From NCBI GenBank assembly GCA_049315745.1, contig JBMOJO010000001.1, forward strand, positions 1 to 56,841: a DNA stretch of 56,841 nt, given 5' to 3'. This stretch comes from Saprospiraceae bacterium (GTDB lineage Bacteria > Bacteroidota > Bacteroidia > Chitinophagales > Saprospiraceae). Positions 9,195 to 17,788 of this stretch are shown in pieces. Under the pieces are notes generated by a model, which was not told the origin of the DNA, did not search any database, and worked only from the letters and a program-made list of their open reading frames with translations. The translations under genes and the position numbers were made by a program. Numbering within the stretch: the first letter of the stretch is position 1; each line of letters opens with the position of its first letter.

Positions 9195-10430
9195 TTACAT
9201 GATTTCAGGGCTTCGTAATTCGAGCAAGGCCACTTCGGGCAGGATACCGACCCGGCCGGGATAGCCCAGGAAGCCGAGACCGCGGTTGACGTAAAGGAAT
9301 TGCCGGTCTTTTTCATAGAGGCCGGCCCATTGCTTGTAGAGGAATTTGATTGGGCTCCATTTGAAGAAGCCCGGGATTTCCACACCAAACTGAAACCCGT
9401 GGGTATGGCCGGAAAAGGTGACCGCGATATCTTTGAACGCTTTATTGACTTCGAGGTCCCAATGTGAGGGGTCGTGGGAGAGCAGTAGTTTCAAGTCGGT
9501 GCCTTCAGTGCCTTGGGATGCACCGGCCAAGTCGCCGCGCTTGGGAAAGCGGAGGTGTGCTGAATGGTTTTCTACGCCGATTACGGCAATTTTAGCCCCG
9601 TTTACTTCGACTATCCGGTGCTCGTTGAGCAGCAACTCCCAGCCAAGTCCCCGGTGGATGTCTTTGAGCTGTTGAAAATTGGCATTTTTGGCATCCTCGG
9701 ATTCCCAATCGAAGTAGTCGCCATAATCGTGGTTGCCCAGGATGGAGAAAACGCCGTATTTGGCCTTGATTTTGTCGAAAACGTCCATGAAAGGGAGCAT
9801 TTCCTCGGAACGGCTGTTTACAAGGTCACCGGTAAAGAACACGAGATCGGGTTGCTGCGCGTTGATGAGGTCAATTGCTGCTTTAACAGGTTCTTTGAAC
9901 GTGAAACTTCCGGAGTGGATATCGGAGATCTGGACGATGCGGAGCCCGTCGAGTGCCTTGGGCAGGTCCCTGGGTACGATGGTCGTCTGAAAAAGCCGGT
10001 AGCGGTAGGGGTTTCGCAGCATGCCGTAAGTCATTGAAAAGAAAGGTATGCTGCCCATAAACAACCCAAATTGGGTGAGAAACCTTGATCGTTGCGGGTT
10101 AAAAGCGCTGGAGTTTTGGAATAAACCCCCTGCCCATTGAAACATCCGCCGGAGGTCATCAATGGCAAGGAAAGGCAGGACGAGAAATTTGGATAAGTAG
10201 GCGATGAACAGAAGCGTCCTGAAATAGGTCACGACATGCCGATTGAGCGGAATGCTGTCCTCTAGCCTGCCTGCTGCAAACGAAACAATTGCGATGACGG
10301 GAATGCTCCAGAAAAAGATGTTGGACGCGAGCTGAATGGCGGGTTTCCAACCCTGGTTAAAGAGCTTCCAGGCCTGATAACAATACAGGTCAATTAAAAG
10401 TATGAATGCCAGGAATACGAATATGCGCAT
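9195..10430 (-). CDS. Membrane-anchored metallophosphoesterase (YkuE-like)
   Basis: Four N-terminal hydrophobic helices, then calcineurin-like motifs (QISDIHSG, FTGDLVN, GNHDYGDY, GHTHGFQ). Confidence 0.85.
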   Translation of the reverse strand: MRIFVFLAFILLIDLYCYQAWKLFNQGWKPAIQLASNIFFWSIPVIAIVSFAAGRLEDSIPLNRHVVTYFRTLLFIAYLSKFLVLPFLAIDDLRRMFQWAGGLFQNSSAFNPQRSRFLTQFGLFMGSIPFFSMTYGMLRNPYRYRLFQTTIVPRDLPKALDGLRIVQISDIHSGSFTFKEPVKAAIDLINAQQPDLVFFTGDLVNSRSEEMLPFMDVFDKIKAKYGVFSILGNHDYGDYFDWESEDAKNANFQQLKDIHRGLGWELLLNEHRIVEVNGAKIAVIGVENHSAHLRFPKRGDLAGASQGTEGTDLKLLLSHDPSHWDLEVNKAFKDIAVTFSGHTHGFQFGVEIPGFFKWSPIKFLYKQWAGLYEKDRQFLYVNRGLGFLGYPGRVGILPEVALLELRSPEIM

Positions 10431-10939
10431 AGTATTAAATTCAGAGGTTATTACCGGGAATGCTTATCTTGTTAAGATTCTAATATGCAGGGCATCCTGG
10501 ATTGTTCAACAGACTTATAGGGGAGGGGCCGGCGGGAAGGAGAAAAAGCGGCTTTTTTGTCCACGCAAAGGCTTTTTTAAGGCAAATAGCAGCGCTAGTT
10601 GACCGAAAAAAGCAGGGCGCGGGCGAAAAAGGGACTTTTGACCCTTCATTGATCCCCCTCGCAAAAAGTCAACAGTCACAAGATTACAGGACGACGTCCC
10701 TGTATTGATGATTGAGACGTTAAAAAGAACAAGATTTGTCCGACGATGTTCAACAGGTTTATGGGCGCCCTGTTCGGCGTGGTGTGCGAATCGGGGTTCC
10801 GGGGTTTATGGCCCTTCCAAAGGAAAGTTTTGCTAGCCCCTGGCTACCCACATGGGGCCGGCAAGCGACGCCGAATAGAATCTGGGGTATTACCGGATGA
10901 AAAAAATCCGGACATTTGTAGTTCAAAAGCTGTATAGCA

Positions 10940-11794
10940 ATGAAATATTTTGAGTTGCCAGGGTTAAAACATACAACGGGAGGGCAATTTTTTTTAATTG
11001 CCGGGCCTTGCGTTGTCGAAGGGGAGACCATTTCGCTACAGATCGCGGAAAAGGTAGCCGCTTATTGTGAGCGGTGGGAGGTGCCTTACATTTTCAAAGC
11101 CTCTTACCGTAAAGCCAATCGTTCGCGGCTCGATTCTTTTACAGGGATCGGCGATGAGGAGGGGTTGCGTATCCTCGCGAAAGTGCGTTGCGACCTGGGG
11201 ATCCCGGTTACGACGGATATTCACACGGATGCCGAGGCTGCGCTGGCCTCGGGCTATGGTGTGGACATCCTGCAGATACCTGCATTTTTGTGCCGTCAGA
11301 CAAGCCTGCTCGTTGCTGCTGCGGATACGGGTAAAGTTGTTAATATCAAAAAGGGCCAATTTATGAGCCCGGAGGCGATGGGATACGCCGTGGAGAAGGT
11401 GCGTCAGGCAGGTAATCAAAAGATTGTGCTTACCGAGCGGGGTACGACCTTCGGCTATCAGGATTTGGTGATTGATTTCAGGGGCATCCCGACGATGCAG
11501 GGTTTTGGGGTGCCGGTAATCCTGGACTGTACGCATTCCCTGCAGCAACCAAATCAGCCTTCGGGGGTAACGGGCGGGCGCCCTTCGCTGATTGCTACGG
11601 TGGCGCGGGCGGGTATTGCGGCCGGTGTTGATGGATTGTTTATCGAAACCCATCCCGACCCTGCCGCGGCCAAATCCGATGGGGCGAATATGCTGCCGCT
11701 GGACCGGCTTCCGCATTTACTGGAGCGGCTGGTACGTATCCGCGAGAGTATTTTGGAGTACCCCGGGGGAGCGATTGATGTTGACCAGGTTTAA
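10940..11794 (+). CDS. kdsA: 3-deoxy-8-phosphooctulonate synthase
   Basis: FLIAGPCVVE, FKASYRKANRS, LQIPAFLCRQT and DCTHSLQ motifs. 284 aa. Confidence 0.93.
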   Translation: MKYFELPGLKHTTGGQFFLIAGPCVVEGETISLQIAEKVAAYCERWEVPYIFKASYRKANRSRLDSFTGIGDEEGLRILAKVRCDLGIPVTTDIHTDAEAALASGYGVDILQIPAFLCRQTSLLVAAADTGKVVNIKKGQFMSPEAMGYAVEKVRQAGNQKIVLTERGTTFGYQDLVIDFRGIPTMQGFGVPVILDCTHSLQQPNQPSGVTGGRPSLIATVARAGIAAGVDGLFIETHPDPAAAKSDGANMLPLDRLPHLLERLVRIRESILEYPGGAIDVDQV

Positions 11795-11802
11795 AAAGGG
11801 GA

Positions 11803-13371
11803 ATGAAAAAAGAACTGGATATTGCTTTACTGCCATCTGAGGCTGCAGACGATGCAGCGATCCTACGCGAGGTCTGCTCCACCCTTGGCGTGCCGGGCAC
11901 AGCGGTCGGCGCCTTGCGCTTGTTGCGTCGCTCGGTGGATGCCCGCGGGCGGCAGCCCAAAATACGGTTGAGGGTAGCCGTATTTATGGAAGGTGAGGAG
12001 CCTATGCCGGAGCCTGCATTGCTCGCCGGCTTTCGCCCTGTTGAGGGGCCGGGGCAGGCGATTATTGTTGGGGCAGGGCCCGCAGGCTATTTTGCGGCCC
12101 TCGAGCTGCTGGAGCGCGGTATCCGTCCGCTCGTCTTTGACCGGGGAAAAGATGTGCGCCAAAGGCGACGGGATCTGCGGGCCATCCAGCAATTTTCGGC
12201 GGTAAATGCCGACTCGAATTACTGTTTCGGGGAAGGCGGGGCCGGAACGTACTCGGATGGGAAACTCTATACCCGTTCACACAAAAGGGGCGACATCGAA
12301 AAGGTGTTGCAATTACTGGTGGAGCATGGGGCAAACCCCGATATCCTGGTTGATGCGCATCCACATATCGGATCCAATAAATTGCCCGGGATTGTTGCCA
12401 ATATTCGGGCGACGATCCTGCAATACGGCGGCGAAGTACATTTTGAAAGCAGGATAACGGATTTACTCCTGCACAAAGGGCGGGCTGCCGGGGTAGTGGT
12501 CAATGACAGGTTGACGTATGCGGCGGAAGCCGTCATGATCGCTACCGGGCATTCTGCCCGGGATATGTACGCTTTGCTGGACCAGCGGGGCGTTCAATTG
12601 GAGGCCAAGCCTTTTGCGCTCGGGGTAAGGGTCGAACATCCGCAGGCGCTCGTTGACGCCATCCAATATGGCCAGAGCCCACGGGAACCAAACCTTCCCG
12701 CGGCAAGCTACAAACTGGTGGCACAGGTAGGCAAGCGAGGGGTTTTTTCTTTTTGTATGTGCCCCGGCGGCCTGGTCGTACCCGCTGCTACCGCCCCCGG
12801 AGAGATCGTTGTCAACGGCATGTCCATGTCGCGCAGGGATTCGGCGTATGCAAATTCGGGTATTGTGGTGGCGCTCGAGACGAATGATTTTCCGGAGTTC
12901 GCAGACGCCGGTGTGTTTGCGGGACTGGAGTTTCAAAAAACAGTAGAGCGTGCAATGTTCGACTTTGGGACCGGGGCACAAAGTGCGCCGGCACAGCGGC
13001 TGACGGACTTTGTGCAGGGCAGGCCTTCGGCAAGTCTTCCGGCGGGATCCTATATCCCCGGTTTTGTAAGCGCCCCGCTGCACGCGCTGCTGCCACCGTT
13101 CATCGTGCAGTACTTACAGGAGGGGTTCAGGGAATTCGGAAAGAAAATGCCGGGATTTTTCACCGGGGAAGCTGTCGTCATAGGTACAGAGAGCAGGACG
13201 AGCGCCCCGGTCCGGATCCCCCGGGACCCGGTGACTTACATGCACCCGCACTGGGCAGGGCTTTTTCCGTGTGGTGAAGGGGCAGGCTATGCCGGCGGTA
13301 TTGTCTCCGCAGCTATGGATGGCCAAAATGCCGGCAGGGCGGTGGCGGCATTTCTGTCGCAGATGAAATAG
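11803..13371 (+). CDS. FAD-dependent oxidoreductase (COG2509-like)
   Basis: Rossmann motif IIVGAGPAGYFAALEL. CPGGLVV and GEGAGYAGGI motifs are typical of this uncharacterised FAD-dehydrogenase family. Confidence 0.8.
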   Translation: MKKELDIALLPSEAADDAAILREVCSTLGVPGTAVGALRLLRRSVDARGRQPKIRLRVAVFMEGEEPMPEPALLAGFRPVEGPGQAIIVGAGPAGYFAALELLERGIRPLVFDRGKDVRQRRRDLRAIQQFSAVNADSNYCFGEGGAGTYSDGKLYTRSHKRGDIEKVLQLLVEHGANPDILVDAHPHIGSNKLPGIVANIRATILQYGGEVHFESRITDLLLHKGRAAGVVVNDRLTYAAEAVMIATGHSARDMYALLDQRGVQLEAKPFALGVRVEHPQALVDAIQYGQSPREPNLPAASYKLVAQVGKRGVFSFCMCPGGLVVPAATAPGEIVVNGMSMSRRDSAYANSGIVVALETNDFPEFADAGVFAGLEFQKTVERAMFDFGTGAQSAPAQRLTDFVQGRPSASLPAGSYIPGFVSAPLHALLPPFIVQYLQEGFREFGKKMPGFFTGEAVVIGTESRTSAPVRIPRDPVTYMHPHWAGLFPCGEGAGYAGGIVSAAMDGQNAGRAVAAFLSQMK

Positions 13372-13416
13372 ACCGACCAAGGGCGGCAAGAATATGTACC
13401 TAAAAGTGATGGTTTT

Positions 13417-13836
13417 ATGAAAGATTTTCTGGACCTTTTCGGACGTTTTTTTTTAGCGGTCTTTTTTTACTTCGAGGCGTTCGACTCGATATTTTGTTTT
13501 CGCGAAACCCGCGATAAAATGACTGCGTATGGGCTTACCTGGAAGCAGGATACCCTTTTGCTCGGTGCGGTTGTATGCCTGATCCTGGGGAGTACCCTGG
13601 TATTGATCGGTTACCGGGCAGCATTCGGCGCCTTCCTGCTTTTTGCCTACTGGCTTCCGGTAACCCTGATCGTCCACGCGTTTTGGAGCGTGCCACCCGG
13701 CCAGCAACGCACAGTATTGGTGGATTTGATGCAGAATATGGCCATTTGCGGCGGTCTGTTCCTGATTATCGCCAACGGTGCCGGCCGCTATTCGATAAAA
13801 AGATTGTTTTCAACGATAAAAGTAGGGGGGACATAA
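13417..13836 (+). CDS. DoxX family membrane protein
   Basis: 139 aa with four hydrophobic helices in a DoxX-like pattern (FLAVFFYFEAFDSI..., MAICGGLFLIIANGAGRYS). Confidence 0.7.
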   Translation: MKDFLDLFGRFFLAVFFYFEAFDSIFCFRETRDKMTAYGLTWKQDTLLLGAVVCLILGSTLVLIGYRAAFGAFLLFAYWLPVTLIVHAFWSVPPGQQRTVLVDLMQNMAICGGLFLIIANGAGRYSIKRLFSTIKVGGT

Positions 13837-14100
13837 AGCCTGGGTTCGTCAGAATGATTGCCATGGAATGCTAATGGAGAAAAAATCCCATATTTCTCCC
13901 GACCCCATCCCCCTGCGCAATGATTCTGCTTTCAAACCACGCGCGATTTCGGTCAAATCGCCTCTGGTATCTCCTTGGTGAGCGGCCTGGGAGAGCTAAA
14001 ATATGTTAAATCAATGTGTTTTTTTCCGCAAAAAAACCGCTTTCAGGTAAATCTTTGTATCTTACACGCAAATTAATTTATCCTAAAACCGTTACAATTT

Positions 14101-14871
14101 GTGATGAGGGCCATCATAGTCGAAGACGAACCACTTGGGCGGACCAACTTAAAGATGATGATCCGTCAGCACTGCCCTGATGTCGAATTAGTTGGTGAGG
14201 CAGGCAGCAACGAAGAGGCGGTCCAAATGCTAAAGGGCTTGAAAGAACGCCCGGACCTGGCATTTCTGGATATCAAGCTACCTGATGGGCTGGTCTTCAA
14301 AATGCTGAACGAGGTCCAGCCGATTGACTTCGAGGTAATTTTTGTTACGGCCTGGCAGGAATATGCAATCAAAGCATGCGAGTACAGCTCCATCGGGTAT
14401 ATTCTGAAACCGATTGACCCCGATGTTCTGAAAGATTCGATCGCAAGGGTACGGTCGCGCGCGGCTGCGCAGATTGATCGTCGCCTGGATATATTCTCCA
14501 ATTTCTACCAGAACCCCAATACGTTCTCAAAGATGAGTATATCCGCCCTTGATGGCATATACTTCGTCAATATCAAGGATATCTACCGCTTCGAGGCCGA
14601 GGATAATTACACCCACATCTATATGAAGGGGGGAGAGCGGATAACGGCTTCCAAAACGATAAAATATTACGAAGAATTACTCGCGCCTTTCAATTTCTTC
14701 CGCGTGCATAAACGACACATGATCAACCTTAATTATATGTCGAAGTATATCCGGGGAGAGGGAGGGTACGTGATCATGGATGAAGGCTTGCAGATCGAGG
14801 TGTCCAGGAGGAGGCGCACTTCCTTTATAGACCTGCTGCGCCGCCTGCAGGGTGGCCGCCAGATGGAATAA
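14101..14871 (+). CDS. LytTR/AlgR family response regulator (REC + LytTR DNA-binding domain)
   Basis: REC motifs (IIVEDEP, LAFLDIKLPDG, ILKP). LytTR domain (IYRFEAEDNYTHIYMKGGERITASKTI...FFRVHKRHMINLNY). GTG at 14101 or ATG at 14104. Confidence 0.9.
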   Translation: MMRAIIVEDEPLGRTNLKMMIRQHCPDVELVGEAGSNEEAVQMLKGLKERPDLAFLDIKLPDGLVFKMLNEVQPIDFEVIFVTAWQEYAIKACEYSSIGYILKPIDPDVLKDSIARVRSRAAAQIDRRLDIFSNFYQNPNTFSKMSISALDGIYFVNIKDIYRFEAEDNYTHIYMKGGERITASKTIKYYEELLAPFNFFRVHKRHMINLNYMSKYIRGEGGYVIMDEGLQIEVSRRRRTSFIDLLRRLQGGRQME

Positions 14872-15049
14872 GTCGCGAAAAGGTGTTCAAAGTTTCTCGG
14901 ATAAAATAAACAGCATAGCTTACGGTGGCTTACAGCGGATTTTCAGCAACAATTGTGTGAGGTCCAACGTTCAACCGTAACTGTCCCAAAAATTTTAAAC
15001 TTTTAATTGGTTTATCCCCCTTAGCTAATTAAATAATTATTACAACACT

Positions 15050-15199
15050 ATGAGGAAGGAAAACAAGGACAAAGAACTTGAGGAAATCAAGAAGAACTTC
15101 AATCTGAAGCCCGTCAAGAAAGAGGATATGAAAAAAATCAAAGGCGGTAAAAGTGGCAGGCCATGGCAAAACGGATGTTCTGATATCATCCCGCAGTAA
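15050..15199 (+). CDS. Unannotated 49-aa peptide precursor with a double-glycine leader: MRKENKDKELEEIKKNFNLKPVKKEDMKKIKGG / KSGRPWQNGCSDIIPQ
   Basis: Translated by hand; it falls below the 60-aa cutoff of the ORF track. The leader ends in the ...EDMKKIKGG motif typical of Bacteroidota GG-type precursors. The pre-ATG context is A/T-rich and an intrinsic terminator follows 25 nt after the stop. Confidence 0.65.
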   Translation: MRKENKDKELEEIKKNFNLKPVKKEDMKKIKGGKSGRPWQNGCSDIIPQ

Positions 15200-15224
15200 A
15201 TTGCAGCCCTTTTTGCCTAACAAA

Positions 15225-15261
15225 AGGCTACTCTTTTTCATGAAAGAGGTGGCCTTTTTTT
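15225..15261 (+). terminator. Intrinsic terminator after the GG-peptide ORF
   Basis: AGGCTACTCTTT-ttcatg-AAAGAGGTGGCCT hairpin (one bulge) followed by seven T. Confidence 0.7.
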
Positions 15262-15275
15262 GTATATACTTTTCC

Positions 15276-15290
15276 GCTTTACTGTAAAGC
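15276..15290. promoter_or_regulatory. 7-1-7 inverted repeat GCTTTAC-T-GTAAAGC upstream of the kinase gene (candidate operator)
   Basis: Perfect palindrome 41 nt upstream of the ATG at 15331. The GCTTAC half-site is related to the direct repeat GCTTACGGTGGCTTACAG at 14918-14935. Confidence 0.3.
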
Positions 15291-15330
15291 AGATGTAATC
15301 CGGTAAAAAACGCATCTAATTAGTTTTTGC

Positions 15331-17256
15331 ATGGTTTTACCCGTACTAAACGGCCCCGATATTCCGTCACTGGAGTACCAGCTCCAGGAACCCATCAGCG
15401 ATCGGTCAACTATAGACATCATAGACCGGCTCCTTTCTTATTATGCGTTTACCAATGTACAGCGCTCCAGGCAGCTGCTTCAACAACAAGAGGTGCTGCT
15501 GGATCAAGCCCCTGCTGTATATTATTTACAGAATTATTATACGTATCGCGGTATTGTCGAGAACCAGGCATACGATTACGCAGCCTCGGCCCGCTATTTT
15601 CTGAGGGCCATCGCGCTTGCCGAAGAAAACAGGGATGCGCGGGCCCAAGTCGAATTGTATATTGATTATGCCGGGACTTGCATCAACAATCGGACGCTTG
15701 AGGAGGCACAGACCTTTTTAGACAAGGCCTTGCGCCTTCTGCGCATCTATCCCGATCCGTGCCTGGAAGCCAGGGTAACCAGCAGGGAAGGCTTCCTGCA
15801 AATCTTCTACTCCAATTATTCCCGGGCAATCGAACTTTTGCTGGAAGCGGATAAGGCAATCGCCGCGTTGGGCCGGGAGCGCCTTACAACAAAAGATTAT
15901 TTTTTCCTCGTACTGATCTATAACGGTTTCGGAATCATTCATGAGCGCAACGATGACCCTGAAAGCAGTGTGCGGGCTTATCAAAAAGCTGCCTCGATAG
16001 CAGAAGAAATCGGAATGCGCACCAGGATGTCCTGGATATATCTGAACATCGGCAACGGCTTTTTGTCGCTGGGCAAACTTGGCAAAGCAGCTATTTTTTT
16101 TTCGAAAGCTGCCAAGGCCGTAGATGATCCCCACCCCGTTTCAAAAGCGAGCGCATTCGCAAACCTGGGGTATTGCAAGCTGCATAAAAAGCGCTACGTA
16201 GAGGCCTTAACACTCCTCGAACGCGCCGAGACCCTTTTTAACCAGGTGGCGGAAACCTCCGCTTCCAAAAACTATGCCTTGATCGAGGCATGGCGGGGCT
16301 CTGTTTTTGCGCGGACCGGGGAACGGGAAAAGGCCATCCTGCATTTCTTCCAGGCGGTCGCCCTGGCTGATAAAGAAGCTGATTACAAACAGTTGTCTGG
16401 TATCTTCCAGGATATGGCAGAGTTCTATGCCGACCAATCAGATTTTCGTACCGCATACGAGTATCAGCTGCAGCATAGCAAATATGCAGAACTCTACCAC
16501 GTCAAGGTAAACCAAAGAAAACGTACCGAGCTGGAGTATAAGTATCAGGCAGAACAAAAACAACAGGAAGCCGAAATGCTCAAACTGCAGGCCACCCGGC
16601 TACAGCTAAAGGCCCTCCGCGCACAAATGAACCCCCATTTTATCTATAATGCACTCAATTCTATACAGCACTTTATCAACTCCTACCAAACCGACTCAGC
16701 CTCAAAGTACCTGGCTATGTTCGCACGCCTTATGCGGCAAAGCCTGGATTACTCGGACCTGGAAATTATTTCCCTGGATAAGGAAATCAGCTTCCTGAGC
16801 GATTACCTCTTTATCAATCAAAAACTCCGCTTCGACAACGGGCTGCGTTATGAAATTAAGGTGGACGACGAGCTGGACGAGGATATGGTCGGGGTGCCTA
16901 CCATGATTGTTCAGCCGTATGTCGAAAATGCAATCGAACATGGCCTGCGAACGAAGAACGCAGGAATGATCAGCATCCATTTTTCATTGCTGGATGAATT
17001 GAGTATCCTCTGTATCATCAAGGATAATGGGGTTGGCAGAAAACAGGCAATCCTGAACCAGCAGTTGGATTCAAAATTCCAAAAACATCGCTCCCGCGGT
17101 ACCAGCATCACAGAACAGCGGCTACAGTTACTGACGAATTCACGCAACGAAGGAGGAGACGTCAAAACGATTGACCTGGAAGATGAACAGGGCAGACCAT
17201 GTGGGACGCGGGTGGAGGTGAAAATCCCGATAATGGAGATCCCTTTCGGCGCCTAA
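15331..17256 (+). CDS. Soluble TPR-repeat sensor histidine kinase, LytS/YehU type (His_kinase + HATPase)
   Basis: 641 aa with no signal peptide and no membrane-length hydrophobic segment. The first ~400 aa are TPR-like repeats. A charged coiled coil (KRTELEYKYQAEQKQQEAEMLKLQATRLQLKALRAQ) follows. Then comes the H-box MNPHFIYNALNSIQHF and an ATPase domain (VENAIEHG, DNGVG, GTSITEQRL). Confidence 0.88.
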   Translation: MVLPVLNGPDIPSLEYQLQEPISDRSTIDIIDRLLSYYAFTNVQRSRQLLQQQEVLLDQAPAVYYLQNYYTYRGIVENQAYDYAASARYFLRAIALAEENRDARAQVELYIDYAGTCINNRTLEEAQTFLDKALRLLRIYPDPCLEARVTSREGFLQIFYSNYSRAIELLLEADKAIAALGRERLTTKDYFFLVLIYNGFGIIHERNDDPESSVRAYQKAASIAEEIGMRTRMSWIYLNIGNGFLSLGKLGKAAIFFSKAAKAVDDPHPVSKASAFANLGYCKLHKKRYVEALTLLERAETLFNQVAETSASKNYALIEAWRGSVFARTGEREKAILHFFQAVALADKEADYKQLSGIFQDMAEFYADQSDFRTAYEYQLQHSKYAELYHVKVNQRKRTELEYKYQAEQKQQEAEMLKLQATRLQLKALRAQMNPHFIYNALNSIQHFINSYQTDSASKYLAMFARLMRQSLDYSDLEIISLDKEISFLSDYLFINQKLRFDNGLRYEIKVDDELDEDMVGVPTMIVQPYVENAIEHGLRTKNAGMISIHFSLLDELSILCIIKDNGVGRKQAILNQQLDSKFQKHRSRGTSITEQRLQLLTNSRNEGGDVKTIDLEDEQGRPCGTRVEVKIPIMEIPFGA

Positions 17257-17464
17257 CCGCCTTCATGCCGCCAACGGTAAGCTGAAATCATCGCGCGCAC
17301 TTCCGGCTTTTGACTTTTGCCGCTTACTCCACCCTGGCTGCACCCGACCGGCATGGCCACTTCGCCTACCACCGTCCTGCCTTTTTTCCAAGCTGAAAAT
17401 ATTTAAAAAAATCAACAACAGGTTTGGGCTTTATTATATTAAAAAAATATTATATATTTGCAAT

Positions 17465-17528
17465 GTTTTCTCGTAGTAAGTTTGTTTGATCTTCCCGCAC
17501 CTCTGGTCTCTGGAGGTGCCTTTTTTTT
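17465..17528 (+). ncRNA. Small terminator-capped unit 1 (candidate sRNA): box GTTTTCTCGTAGTAAG + hairpin GCACCTC/GAGGTGC + T8
   Basis: A perfect -7 box TATATTTG (17453-17460) lies 4 nt upstream. The conserved box is shared with units 2 and 3. The only ORF is 8 codons. Confidence 0.4.
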
Positions 17529-17624
17529 GCCGTATTCTCACAAGGATGTACCGAAGGAAGGACGGTTGGACGCATACCCTAAATGGGGCTATGGATTAAG
17601 GTTTTGGGGTTTATCTTTGATTTA

Positions 17625-17681
17625 GTTTTCTCATAGTATGTTTATTGGCCTGCGCATGGTTAAAATGCCGCAGGCTTTTTT
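17625..17681 (+). ncRNA. Small terminator-capped unit 2 (candidate sRNA): box GTTTTCTCATAGTATG + hairpin GCCTGCGCAT/ATGCCGCAGGC + T6
   Basis: A -7 box TATCTTTG (17612-17619) lies 5 nt upstream. The box is identical to that of unit 3. The terminator sequence is different. Confidence 0.4.
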
Positions 17682-17788
17682 ATGCGGCAGACCACATCAT
17701 AAGCGGTTTCGACACTTCATTTTGAAAAACTGCCGTATCCTAAAATGGCATTTGAAACCTGAAGAAGGCAAGTTACATTTATGCCGTA

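Noticed and set aside
14891-14905. GTTTCTCGGATAA between the LytTR gene and the peptide gene, resembling the GTTTTCTCGTAGTAA box
   Set aside because: It needs a gap and has several mismatches over 13-15 nt. This could easily be chance in a T-rich spacer.
15029-15241. 70-aa minus-strand ORF overlapping the GG-peptide gene
   Set aside because: It starts inside the plus-strand terminator hairpin and has no leader or domain features. The plus-strand 49-aa ORF has a textbook KIKGG leader and its own terminator.
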